Positions 23,965 to 37,034 of a stretch of DNA of 64,000 nucleotides are shown in pieces (the first letter of the stretch is position 1; every line of letters begins with the position of its first letter). Position numbers and translations under genes: made by a program. The DNA is from Lingula anatina (lineage: Eukaryota; Animalia; Brachiopoda). Under the pieces are notes generated by a model, which did no database searches, was not told the DNA's origin, and worked only from the letters and a program-made list of their open reading frames with translations. The stretch covers positions 2,418,001 through 2,482,000 of the forward strand of contig CM120641.1 of the NCBI GenBank assembly GCA_051362555.1. The letters are read 5' to 3'.

Positions 23965-26835
23965 GTAACTATGATTTCCTCTGGAGTGAAGGTTGGCAAG
24001 TTGATAGGAGACTCGATATGATGATTTGTAGCTGATGGTGGTATTTATTAAACAGAACAGACAAAAAATGAAACAGGAGTTGTGTGTGATTATTTAAGAC
24101 CATCTTTCCTGATCATAATATATAGTTATTGATGGGCTTTACTTCTTATGTAAAAAATAATCATCACAGTTGACTTTAGAAAGTGATATACTGTTGTTTT
24201 ATCATAACAACTGTAACATGCAATGGTAGACATGATATTTATTCTTGATACTTACTACAGCAATCAACCCAAAGGAGAAACATAATTATAAATCACTGTT
24301 GATAGTTGTTAAAAATGACGTTGACATGTTAAGTTGACATCTTTATTCTTCACTAGATAGCCCCTATTGCTTACTTTACACATGGTTCTGTTTTTATTTG
24401 GGGACAAGTTATTTGTAGCATTTGTATGTAGCAGTGTCATACATGGTCTACACCAACTTGTGCATGTAGGTATAATGGTAGTATTTTGAACTTGATGCCA
24501 AGTGAGATCATAGTTTTGATTAGTGTACAGAAAGGACTTAATATTTTAGTTTAGCAGGAAATAAGTGAAAAGTTGTTTGCTGCTCACTTACAACACGGTT
24601 GATGTTATGAGAGATTTATTTATTATTTTAATTTAATGAGTTTTTAAATATTTTTATTCATTTATTTATTGATTATTTTCATCATAGATTTTGCAGGGCA
24701 GTTTGTTCTTGTTGTACCTAGATAGTTTCTCCTTTATTTCAACAGTCAAATGGTGAATGTTTTGGTTTGTGGTTGGTTAGTTAGTGACAAAGTTGGTCTT
24801 ATTTCTCATTCAACTGCCTTTCTGTTTGTGCTTAGGTATATGTTCAGAAGCTTTAATGAGTTCAGTAAAAAAAGTTTTTATTTTGAAACTTTGGTGGCAA
24901 CTAAAACGGGCATTGTTTCATGTTTGTGAACTGTAACAAGAAGTTTACATTTCACTTTGAATTTTTTTAATGTTCCATGATTTATCAAAAGTCCAAAGAT
25001 GCTCATTTTCCCATAGGTTCAAAAATAACATGTAGCAGATTGTGGATTTTTTAAAAATTTGTTTCATAAATCACTGTTAAGATAAAAGATATTGAAAAAA
25101 GATATGTAAAAAAAATCCAACTTTTCAGTGTCAAATGTTAAACACTAGCTAATCCAGCAGGAGTTCTCAGCAGTTGCTGCTGCCAAATTGCACATAAAGC
25201 AACCACATGGAAAATACACATGGTTCTACATGCTGAAAACCGTTTTCAAGTATTATACACAGGTTGACATGATGTGTGTTTGAGCTGGCATTGTGGAGTG
25301 TGCATTCATTCCAGTCAGTTTCTTTGCATGCTAAAAGTCATCTGAGAAGTTTTGAGAGTCTGATAGCTTCTAGTTTTTGACAACAGGGTTGGTAATAACT
25401 TGCTGAATTTGAACAAAGCTGAAAAATACTATTTTAGAAAATTTGTTATTGCTTTCAGAAAAATATGGTGTGAAAAATCCTTAAGCTCTTGTCAAAAATT
25501 AATTTTTTTGTGATAAATTGAAAATACAAAAACTTGAAAATCAAGAAAAAAAATATTAGTAAGGAGTTTGAAAATTGTGATTAATTACCGTATCAGATGG
25601 GGTTGCCCTGCTTGTTGCAGGTTATATTCTATTATATCAATTTCTACCAAGAATGCCTGATGTTTGCTGATTACAGCTATTAACTGTCTTATCGGATTTA
25701 AATGTTATTTGAAAGAGTTGAGTAGAAGGTATGCCTCATCATGGCAGTATTTTATGTTAGGGTAATTTTTTTTCAGCTGGTTATTTTGCTGTAAAATCCT
25801 GGCTTCTGTTATCCTTGGTTACGGGGAAATGTTGAAATTGATTTAAAAACTAAAAAAGAAAGAAAAAAATGAAGACAGGGAAGCAGTTAGTATGTTTACC
25901 TATTTGAGTATATAGGCGGTGGAGGGGGTGGGGGCACTTGTTATGAAATAATTCTGGAGCATCAAATTCATGTGGGCTTCACCAGTTTTTAATCCAGCCT
26001 CCGAGGAGAAGAATGAAGGTATGAAATTTTTGATACTGCTCTCCAGATACTGGTCATCAAGACACAAACAAGGCTGCTATGGAAGTACTGCCTAAAGTCC
26101 TATTCATAACTTGTAGATCAGATGAAAAACAGAAAATGACCTTTCCAGCCATGTAAATCGGGTTAAAAAGGATCACCATCTGTTTAGCTCCCATGTTAAG
26201 TAATCTGGCTGCCTGATGAAGTAAGATTGCCTATTTATGATCTAATTTAGACCTATTGTGAATGTGATCCACCCATGCTCATGACTGCCTTTATGGACCT
26301 GTTGCTGTTCCTATACATGTAAACACAGCTGGACATTTGCAGTAATAACCCAAACTCCCTTTCACTGGGTTTTGTAGTTCTACCATGGACTAGGTCAAGG
26401 GCATTTTCATTGTAGTCTATCATGTCAAACCACAGGTATCACAGCTGTGCATATTTCTAGTTTTTCCAATTATTTCTTTTATGGGAAAGCATGCTAAGAA
26501 AAATGTTGTTTTGTAGTGTTCCTGTTATTCTTTAATATATAATATGTACATTAGCAATATGGCCACTCCCTTGACCTTATCAATATCAGTAGCAGTCATC
26601 AATTTGAGTTGATGTCATGTTAAAGGAGATCAGAATTTCAGTACAATATAAAAGTTATTTGTCATATAGAAATTGCCTTTTAAACTAAAACAGTATTTTT
26701 TGGGAGTCAACCAACATGACCTGTATTATTCTCCTTATAAACTGGTTCTTCATGAAAAAAATCTTCAAAGCCACTTTGAAGGGCAATATGTACAAGGAAC
26801 ATGTACAAGGCAACCCCAAGGCCAACAGCTGGCTG

Positions 26836-26868
<33 letters not shown>

Positions 26869-27695
26869 GATTTAATTATTATTTTTTAAAATATCTCACA
26901 GGACAAAAATGCGTACAAAATTTGCCAGTAAAAATATCTGTGATCATCCAGTGAAAAAAAAAAATGTGGCCCTGATAGGTAAATAATGGACTGTGTTAAC
27001 TGTGTATATATCTCTGTCTTCCTCAAACCTTCAAGGACAACAGTTGGGTTCTTCCATTACATTACAACAAGGACTGTATTTTAGCAACTTAATCGATCCC
27101 GTTTTAATGGCAGTTGTATTGAGTTACTAAGTCGTAATAAGGTGTAATCTATCACTCTGATAGATAGGACTACACCCCAATACACAAACCTCCAAACATA
27201 AAAAAGATTTACAATAAAGTTCCCATTCACAAACTTTTAAATTTAAACCATCATAAGATTCCAAAGAAAGTGATCTGATTACAGACTTCAAATAAAACGT
27301 GTTTTCCATCACAGACACATTTTCTTTAATTGCACTGTTGCGCCTGTTTATATCCCATGGTTTTCTGATTAAGCAGGTGTCCGCTTGAAAATTTGCACAT
27401 TGTGTAAATGCTTGTCTGTGATGATATATTTCAAACCATGGAGGTCCTTCCATGACATGTAGTCTTTCCAGATTGTTCATGTGTTTTGTCCAGTGAACAT
27501 TTTTGTCCTGTGGGGACTTTTGATTAAACAGGTGTCTGTTTACGCATGTGCACAATGCGAAAATGTGAAAATGTTCGTCAGTTGAGATATCGTTGTTGTT
27601 GTTGAAACCCTGGGAAGTATTCGTGTACTGGTGTACTGGCAGCCTGTGATGTATGAAATGTCAGCTTTCTGCTTGACTGGAGCAGAGAGAGGGTG

Positions 27696-27743
<48 letters not shown>

Positions 27744-28698
27744 ATGGATTATTTGAAGTGGCCAAATTTAGTATGAATAAATTAAGCATTCATTTACTTT
27801 GATATGATACTGAGAAAATTTTTTTAAAAGACCTTTTGTTAATTGATGTGTATGAAGGATGAAAGGATTTATTTGTATGGACATTTTAATCAACCATGGA
27901 AATTTAATTTAGTCAGGAATACTGCAGATGTTTTCCTAATATTAAAAAATTCGATTTACAGGATTTATTTTTTACATCTCAAGAATTTAACTGTGTATAA
28001 TATGGCTTAAATAGTCTGAACTAGACAAAACAAAACTGCAATGTTTAAATTTTCTTAAAACAGCATGAAAAGGTCTCATTGAAAGCGTGTCTAAGGAAGG
28101 AAATGATAAACCTTTATAGCTCTATATATTTTACCATTTACTTGATAGAAAGGGGAAAAATGAGAATTTACCAGATATACTGAGATTAACACCTGCTTCT
28201 ACCTGATAATAGCAATATGTATTAAGAGCTGATTTAACAACCACCCCTTAAGGACATAATAAGTTTATGGTTGTATGAACTGGAGACTTAACATGAAATT
28301 AGTAGTTTTTTGGTCTTGGCACACATATTGTTCTGTCAAAAGCAGTTGATAATGTTTCATGAATATGTATTTTTGATTAACCCTTGTATGGTGCAAAGAG
28401 CTCTTATTGTGATTTATGCCTAGAAGTAACAGTGGGAATTCCATAGGGAAATATACTTAAGTTCTGAAGTCATGAGGCATAGTTTTATATAGCTTTTCAT
28501 AGTGTAAGAAATATTTGAGTATCTTTGTATTAGATATAGACTTATGCATAACAAGGACTGATACATTAAATGTCCTCTTTTCCCAATATGTTTTTGAATG
28601 GTTAAATCTTCCAAAAACTGATGTTCTCTTCTCCGCTAATATAAAGATATTATCTGTGTTTTACTTTTAATGAAAATGTAATATTTTCCTTCTTTCAG

Positions 28699-29846
28699 TT
28701 TAAGTACCAAAAGCGAAAAGGCTAAGCGCACAGCAGACTCCTTAGTTGAATCAAGAAAAGAAATCATAGGAAGACGCAGAGCAGACGACAAATCAAAATC
28801 TTTCATCCTTGAAACCCAAAATGATGACTATTCACACAAAAACCTTGACGAGGAAGATAGATTAGGAAAAGAGGAAACAAAAGTGGTGGGAAAACAAAAC
28901 AAAGATTCTGTTTCAGAAGACATCATCCAAAGATCTTCCATTTCTGATAAGACATCTCCCTTGCCAAGCCCTTCTGAGGAGAAAGGACAGATCTCTTCTT
29001 TCAGAAGTGGATCTATCGGGAGGAAGAAACCTGTGGACAGTGACGTGCCTTCTGCCTTGAATTCCCACAAGATGGCACCAAGAGAGGAGCAAGTGATGGA
29101 GGAAGTCTCCTTACCATTCAAAAAGAGCTCTGCCACGGACACACCCAGTTCATTTGACAAGACCTCTCCAGAGCAAGGTCCAGACAAAACCTCAAAGACA
29201 AGTTCTCTTGAGAGAAAAACAGATAAGAGCAAACCATGGATGAGTTCTCTTGACAGACAGGCAGATAATGAGAGCAAGTCATCTCAAAATAAGAAAAGTG
29301 ACGCACCAGTTAGGAAGTTGTCAACGGAAAGAGAAAAGGAGAAAGATAGCACCAAGTTTTGGTCTATTGGAAGAGAAGCAAAAAAAGAAAACATTGATAT
29401 TTCTGGCAATAAACAAGCGATCACAAAGAGTGACAAAAAGTTGTCTGAGAGAAATTCTTCTGTAGAAGGTAGTAGAGAGAGTTTGAAGACAAAAGACACA
29501 TCCAAAAAAAGCAATACAATTACCAACAATAAGAACCTTATTGAAACACACATAACTCCTAGAGCTGAGAGTGCTAAAAAGCCACTTGAAAAGAGCATCT
29601 CCGCAGATGGCAGAGACATTGTAAAAGAAAAAGACACTTATAGCATACCAGACACACAACATTCTACACCTGACAAAAAAGCCAGTGAGAAAGATGAGGT
29701 GGTTCCCAGTGCTACTTCACCCGTAGATACTGGTAAAGAAAAGAAGACCAGGGATGCAGATGGTGTCCATCGGCATGTGAAGACCAGGAAGGACAAGAGT
29801 GAACAGCGTAAATCAGAATTAAACAAGTCTGAAGACTCTGTTTCTG
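28699..29846 (+). CDS. SVIL: SVIL large Lys/Ser/Glu-rich exon, 1148 nt, phase 2-1
   Basis: ttttccttctttcag| acceptor, frame open from 28700 through the 325-aa track ORF, donor CTG|GTAAGT. Confidence 0.85.
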
Positions 29847-30147
29847 GTAAGTTTTTCTAATGTGTTGTCATAAAAGGAAATTTACTTGCCTATTGTCAAT
29901 TTTTTTTTATTTTAAGTGCATTTTTTATTATACAGTCTTGGAAGATAATTCTTTAAGTAATGAATTCCCTTGTGAATCTGTTAAATGTCATACCCAGACT
30001 GAAGCCAATGGTTCTGTCCATTGGAAAGGTTGTTAATTTCCAAACCTGCAGGCATAAAAGCCATGGCTATGAGAAGTATTTTCACTCAATATTTTTGAGT
30101 CTGACCTTTCTTACAGATGGGTTAAGAAGTGTTGAAATCCCAGCACT

Positions 30148-30150
<3 letters not shown>

Positions 30151-30237
<87 letters not shown>
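30151..30237. repeat. (TG)n microsatellite
   Basis: Directly visible. Confidence 0.97.
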
Positions 30238-30241
<4 letters not shown>

Positions 30242-31199
30242 GTGTGCATGAGTTTGTGTGCATACACACATTAATTTTTTAGAGTTTTTTATCTTTCAAT
30301 TTTTATGTTGTTACACTTCCTTTCATAGGTGTTATAAAGATATTTTTATCTCATATCACTGGCTGACTGATGTTTAAGTATTATGGATTTCTCAGAAAAG
30401 AAGTTTTTATTTAAAAATTGTGTGAGTACTTGGATGCCCTCCAGTTCCGAAGCTTGAGGTAAAGATTGAAATTGCAGATGTTAGCTTTTCTTTGACATGA
30501 TGATGCTTAAAGTTGCTGTTTTATTTCAACAAAATAGCCCAATCAAAAGTCAGCATTTTTTACTGAATAAAAAAAGGTGTGGATATCTGTTTGTTAATTT
30601 GGCATAACTTTTGCAAAAATGTCACTAAACTATGGTTAGCCAAATGGCAAGCAGGCTAGCAAGGTCAGGTGAGGTAGAATGTGCCCATAGCAGACATGAC
30701 ACAGTTGCAGCAGGCTTAGTTTTTTTTAAACCAGTCTGATTGCAGTTGTTGTGCTTCATTCACTTTGTACCCTGTACACAATGGGGACTCTCAGATAGGG
30801 GTGAATGATACCACTTGTACAAAGTTCCACTGCTGAGATTTCTTTCAAATATTTGAATAAAAAGAATTTACTTTTGTTAATGCCAAGAAGAAAAAATGAG
30901 ACACGGATTTAATTTTCAAAGACATATAGATATATAGATGTATTTCATGAAAGTTCTACAGGTTTATTTTTACTCAAAGTGGACTTAGGTATTCAGTATT
31001 TAAGTTTAGACCAACTTTTCTCTTCAGACGTTCATTTAAGGTTGCTTCATGTCCTGTTGTATAAACCTGACTGGATTTCTCCTAGTTCTGTTGTATAAAC
31101 TTGAACTGTTTCACTAAGCTGTTCCAAGTTCTGTTATGTCACCTGTACCCGCCTTCCACAAAAAAAAACAAAAAACAAAACGTAAATGTTTTAAAAAAC

Positions 31200-31623
31200 C
31201 CTGATGTAAACCTGTTCCCCTGTGTGGGTACCTGATGTACCAGGTGTGGTGGGTATAGACCTGATGTAAACCTGTTCCCCTGCATGGGTACCTGATGTAC
31301 CAGGTGTGGTGGGTATAGACCTGATGTAAACCTGTTCCCCTGCGTGGGTACCTGATGTACCAGGTGTGGTGGGTATAGACCTGATGTAAACCTGTTCCCC
31401 TGCGTGGGTACCTGATGTACCAGGTGTGGTGGGTATAGACCTGATGTAAACCTGTTCCCCTGCGTGGGTACCTGATGTACCAGGTGTGGTGGGTATAGAC
31501 CTGATGTAAACCTGTTCCCCTGCATGGGTACTTGATGTACCAGGTGTGGTGGATATAGACCTGATGTAAACCTGTTCCCCTGCGTGGGTACCTGATGTAC
31601 CAGGTGTGGTGGATATAGACCTG
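31200..31623. repeat. 60-bp minisatellite, 7 near-identical copies
   Basis: Unit CCTGATGTAAACCTGTTCCCCTGCGTGGGTACCTGATGTACCAGGTGTGGTGGGTATAGA with 0-3 substitutions per copy. Confidence 0.97.
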
Positions 31624-34594
31624 TCACCGTGCCAAGGTTATCTATGACAGCATTACCTGCCTTTAACACAGTGGAGATAACAGTAGGAGGTCAGGCCAGG
31701 TCGGGTATGTTTTATACTTAATGGTACAAACTTTTGCTAGGTTTTGTAAATCGCAGGCGTAGGTACCAGGTAAATAGTCTGATAAAAGGTCACCAAGGTG
31801 TGTGATGTTGATACCATGTTGTTACTGTCAGCCACCATCCTGGCCCTGCATCAGTTACATCAGATGATGTAGACCACACAGGCTGCTGCAGAAGAAAGTC
31901 AGTTTTTTTCTTGAAAGTCAGATTTTTTTTCTAGTTGAATGTGATCTGTTATCCAGAATTAACACTATTTTAAAAAAGTTTTGTTTATTGTACAGAGTAT
32001 TCTGTTCTATTTTGAGTAACATGATAACCCACCAGTGATATCACTGTGATAAACTGTAATACTGGTGTCCCAGAAGTTTATTACACAAACTGTTATATTT
32101 TCCACATGGGACACTTGTGTATCACCCCTCCCATGACTAATGGAGGTCTCTCACTCTGTGGTGCATATATAGTCTACCAGGGGATCAGCTGAAAGATTTA
32201 TGTTCTTAACCAGGGGAGCTTATCTCAGGTAGAAAGTGATGACAGGTAAGGATATTTTTGTTTCAAATTACGTCACCAAAGCCAGTCTAGTTAATTATCA
32301 GGTGCACTGCCTGAGTCTAACCAACAAGCGGACGGCCTGGATACACTGACAGATTTAACGCAGAGATTTACAAAACGGGCGGAGGCCTTTGGTTTCTAAG
32401 GTAAATCTTGAAGCTACTTTAACACACTTGGGTAATTGACAGTGTACTGGGGTAATTTATATGTCTATTTTGTGTCACTGTTGTCACAAGGTGTAGGTGT
32501 GATTTATTATGGCTCTCCACGGGACAGAAATAAAAGGTCTTATTGTCTGTTTGTTGGCGTGTCCTGTGTCAACATCTTGGACCTAACTGATACTTAACTT
32601 AGTCTTGAAGTATTGTTTTATCTCTTGACCGATACCAGGGTCTCAGGATGAAAGTTTGGTATGTGGTATGTATGTATTTATACACGTACATTTTTTTACT
32701 ATAGAATGACTGTGAACAGGGAAGTGCCTTGTGGGTCCTTTTGTTAAAATCGTGACTTTGAAGAAGGTCAGGTCACAAATTCTTTAGACACAAAAGGAAT
32801 ATCTAGTATTGCTGGGTATTTTTAGAGGTTGATTTAAGATTTTTTACCTCTGTGTTTGGATACATGGGGAATGTATTAGGCACCCTGACCAGAGGAGCTG
32901 GAGCAGGGTTAGGATCACTTTGCCCATGTATATGTAAGTATAGTGTACAGTGAAGGTGCTGATCACACCCCTCAGCCATTACAGTGTATATAGTCCTTCT
33001 GTCTATTGCATCAAACTGTTAACTAGGAGGTTGGGCTTTACCTGCTTGTGGAAGGTATGACTATGGAAAATATGTTGATTTCTTTTGCATTGGAGATTTT
33101 GTTATTGATATCATTTACTAGGTTCTTGATTGGTTTTGTATAAAAATTAGTTATTGAGTTGAGCAGAAATAAAACTAGATGCAAGTGAACCCAAGAAGTC
33201 TTTTTCATATAATGGCAAGATTAAAGTGAAATATCATTTGGCCCAAGGTTAGACAATGGTGATAGTTTAAGATTAATGTTTTTGAAGAAAATATCAAATT
33301 TATAAGGATGAAACTAAACTTTGAAAACTGTGATTTAGATTCATGATTTTGAAAAAAAAAACCTAAAGAGATTAATTCAAAAATGAAACTAACTTGATTT
33401 AATTTTGAGGAAAAAACATGTTGAGGAAAAAAACAAATGCATAAAAAAAGATATTACTCCAAAGATGAAAACCACTGATGACTGTGTTTGTGATCAGGTT
33501 GATAGTTATCTCTCACCTCCCGTGATATTTGGCATTTATACCTTGTTTTCTGTTCCCCCTGCATCCTTCTGGGTCAGTAATTTTGTGAGGAAAGAAACAG
33601 GAGTAGATGAGTTCCTGTAGAATAGCCTGCGGTTCTCCCTGCTCCTATTCCACAGTATGGTGTCTGCGGTTACAGGCTGTGTATACACATAAATATATAT
33701 CATCTCTTTGTGACTGTCCTCAACAATAGGGAGGATGCACTTAACACCATTCAACGCAACAAAAACTCTCCTGTTGTTTGCAGTAGTAAGAGGCGGTAGT
33801 AGACTCAGTGAGCTTCATTGATGGGCTATTGTATTTTGGAGGCGGAACCAAGATGTGTATTTTGGGTCCATAAGCATGGGAAATGCCTTTGTGGCCAGAG
33901 ATGTGACTGGGACGTGTGTTTATTAGCGGATTATGCAAGTGCGGTCAACTGACTTAGTTTTCCGTCCAAACACTACATTTTGATTTACGTAGGAAAACAT
34001 GCTTGTGAACTGAGGAATCTTTTTCGGGGGTATTATTATTCATGTGTAGCTGACTAAGTTGGGTTTCCAGTACTTAGTGTGCCATACAAATACCAAGTCA
34101 TGATTTGTGGCACAGCTTACCTGTGAGCCTGAATCATAACTGTTACAGCACTTTATCACAGATTTTGGAAATACAACAGACTTTTTTTCTTCATCTTTTC
34201 CAAACAGTGGCTTTAGTTTTTGGAAATTGGTTATTAACCCAAGGACCATGTCCCACGGATTATGAAGGCGTGTCGGACATTATTATAGCTACTGAAGTTG
34301 TGTTTTGTGATGGAGAATATTTCTTTAAACAAAAATTCACAGAGGGTACAAGTGCAGCTGACTCAGCCTTACTTTCCGGTATTATGAGGTATTAAGAACC
34401 ACTTCATAGACTGAGAAAGAGAAACTGACTGACTCAATTAATTCTTGGATGCCGAGGTTAGGAGTTGTACCATAGTGAGCTATACTTCTAAAAGATCAAC
34501 TGGCTCACCTGTGGGGAAATCATTAGGATGAAAAGATCCTATGTTAGTAAATAAAATGGCATCACAGAAATAGACTTAGTCCAAGATACAGAAG

Positions 34595-34676
34595 ATGGAG
34601 CTGGATAGAGTTGCATTAACCGTTGTTTGGACTTTCGTTTTGGCTATTTTGGGTGTTTTGGTATGGTTTGTGAAAG
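34595..34676 (+). CDS. SVIL: Putative alternative first coding exon encoding a transmembrane anchor (MELDRVALTVVWTFVLAILGVLVWFVK-D)
   Basis: aagATGg context, 27 codons with 21 consecutive uncharged, mostly hydrophobic residues, strong donor AAG|GTTAGT in phase 1 matching acceptor 43508. Confidence 0.7.
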
Positions 34677-34718
34677 GTTAGTAGATGCACACACATGAAT
34701 ACATGCATGTGCACGCAT

Positions 34719-34719
<1 letters not shown>

Positions 34720-34765
<46 letters not shown>
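34720..34765. repeat. (CA)n microsatellite
   Basis: Directly visible. Confidence 0.95.
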
Positions 34766-34766
<1 letters not shown>

Positions 34767-35614
34767 CTATGTAGGTAGGCTTTATCCTGGTTAAATACAC
34801 TATTAAGAGCATGAATATAGTATCACAAAGTCTGTTACGGGACATGCTATAACTTAAACTGTGGAAATTTTAAGTCTTAAACAGTCTTGTTCACTGTAAT
34901 CATGTTACTACTAACAAACATTGTCATCACGGTGCCATATTGTATCGGAAATTTTAAAATCACAATCAGGGTTATCTGGTGACATGGGGGAGGGTGAGGA
35001 CAGTCTTATGAAATGAGTCTGTCTTGGTAATAGAATATATACACTTCAGACCCTTGTCATCATCCAAAATTTTTATTTACTTTTTCATAAGTTTTTGCTA
35101 GATTCTTTAACAATTAATTAATAATTTAAAAGTTGATTGATGGAGAATCAGAATTCAAATTATCTTATTCTAAAGCAAGCCCCAGGTTTTTCATGCTTGA
35201 ACATGCTCAAAATCTTTTTCATAAGTTTTTGGTGAATACTTTATATGTACAGTAAGGAAAAAAGCCTAAATTCTATTTTTCTCTCTAGATGTAAATAAGA
35301 AGTACATCCTGTTTGGAAGGCTATATTTATTCTTGGTTTACCTGCTCAATCTCCCTGGTATTCTAGTAACCCATGAAGTTTGTAAACACAGCTCTCTCTT
35401 TACATGATTACTGACTTAAAAAGGAGGGTGTTTCCTTCTTAATCAAATATCAGGTGCTCTCCTCTGAGATATATGGGCAAGTTCTTTTACTCTAATGGAT
35501 AGGGCACTGGTAAGTTATGTTACCTCACTTGACACAAAAATTATTATGGACGTTTTACATTTTAAAGCAGACTATTTATAATATATTTTATTTATTTGTA
35601 TCCTATTTCAATAA

Positions 35615-36593
35615 GGCCACACTTTTTTAATTTTATGGATGACATCCTGCGCGCGCACGGATTTTCGCCCGTTCTCAAAAAAAAAAAAAAAAAAACAAAA
35701 GCCCCCCCCCCCCCCCCCCCAGCCCCCAACGAAGTCGGTTGTCGCAAACGTTGTTATTGAATTTGCAAGGAAATGAGCTTTCTGCGCATGCGTATTTTCG
35801 CCACGTGGAAATGCGGCCACTTTGCTGTCAAATTCATCTCTAGGATTACTTTCAAATTACACAACAATAAAAGTCATAAAGAGAACGGGCGCCATCGTTT
35901 TGGATTGGTATGCCATTGATATTGGGCATGGAGATATCACCTTTTTACAATTGTGCGAAAGGCTGGCGGCGGCCGAAACATTTCTGTGACATTCTGTATA
36001 AAGCAGCACATTAATACCAGGTTTTCTGTAGCGAAAAAAGGGTCGACAAGGGCGTCGAGGTATTTGGTGGGCTGAAGGTCGGACAGGCCACCTGACAGTT
36101 TAGCTGCTTCGTGTGAGTTGAAGTTGACAAAATGGCATCGTCTGAAATGACCTTTAATAGATTTGGTAGTATTAAGCATATCTTTGCATCATTTTTTAAA
36201 CATTTCTGTGAAGTGTTCAAAATGTTTTAATATTCTGAGAATACAAATAAAGACACACTGTTTGATTGATATTTGTTTTATTGATTGCTATACCAAATGA
36301 ATGCATGAAATAACCTTAAATAGATTTGGTAATATGAAGTATATCAATTCATGACTTTTTTTACATTTCTACGAAGTATTCACAATGCTTTAATATTTTG
36401 AGAGCATGGATAAAGACATATTGTTAGTTTGATACGTGTTTCTGTGGTTAAATTTGTGTTTCCAGCTGTGTACTGACAGCATTCCTTTACTTAAGCAGTT
36501 TTTTTTTTTGGACTGTTTTTTTTTTTTTCGCCCTCTCGCACCGATTTTGGGGTACCCAGAGGATGTCATCCATAAAAATAAAAAAGTGTGGCC
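35615..36593. mobile_element. Non-autonomous PIF/Harbinger-type DNA transposon, 979 bp
   Basis: 34-bp TIRs GGCCACACTTTTTTA(A/T)TTTTATGGATGACATCCT with one mismatch, TAA on both flanks (35612-35614, 36594-36596), CpG-rich interior, no transposase ORF. Confidence 0.9.
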
Positions 36594-36778
36594 TAACATC
36601 TTTTCAAAAATGGACAATTTTCTCTTTCTGTATATTGATGAAATGAAGGAACAGGGTGATAACAATGTCAAAAGTTGGGTTCAGGTCAATTTTGTCAAAC
36701 ATCTGTCATAGTGATAAACACTAACATCAGGAAGTATACATTTAATTGCACCCCGCCCCCCTTATGTAGTCTTTCTAT

Positions 36779-37034
36779 GACCCCATTCCCATACCTGGAT
36801 CAATCTAGCAGGATCGACCCATCTCTGAGAGATTTCTCGCTAAATTAAATTCAGTTTAAGTGGCTCTGATGTCTGGCACACCGACTGAATCTGTTAGGGG
36901 GTAATTAACTATTGTTTAGCTGCTTCAGTAGGCATGCCAGACATGTAAGCTGCTTAATTCGAATGCAATTTAACAAGAATCCCCGCGGAGATGGGTCGAT
37001 CCTGCTAGATCAATGTAGGTATGGGAATGGGATC
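36779..37034. mobile_element. Fold-back (whole-length palindromic) MITE, 256 bp
   Basis: Left arm GACCCCATTCCCATACCT..CTAGCAGGATCGACCCATCTC pairs with the right arm along nearly the full length; TAT on both flanks. Confidence 0.85.

Noticed and set aside
27127-27555. 142-aa minus-strand ORF
   Set aside because: Non-ATG start, no motifs, intronic; possibly old repeat debris but no termini could be defined.
31139-31669. 176-aa antisense repeat-protein ORF, also considered as a CRISPR-like array
   Set aside because: The ORF is explained by a stop-free 60-bp unit and starts at a non-ATG codon. The units have no unique spacers and the DNA is eukaryotic, so it is not CRISPR.
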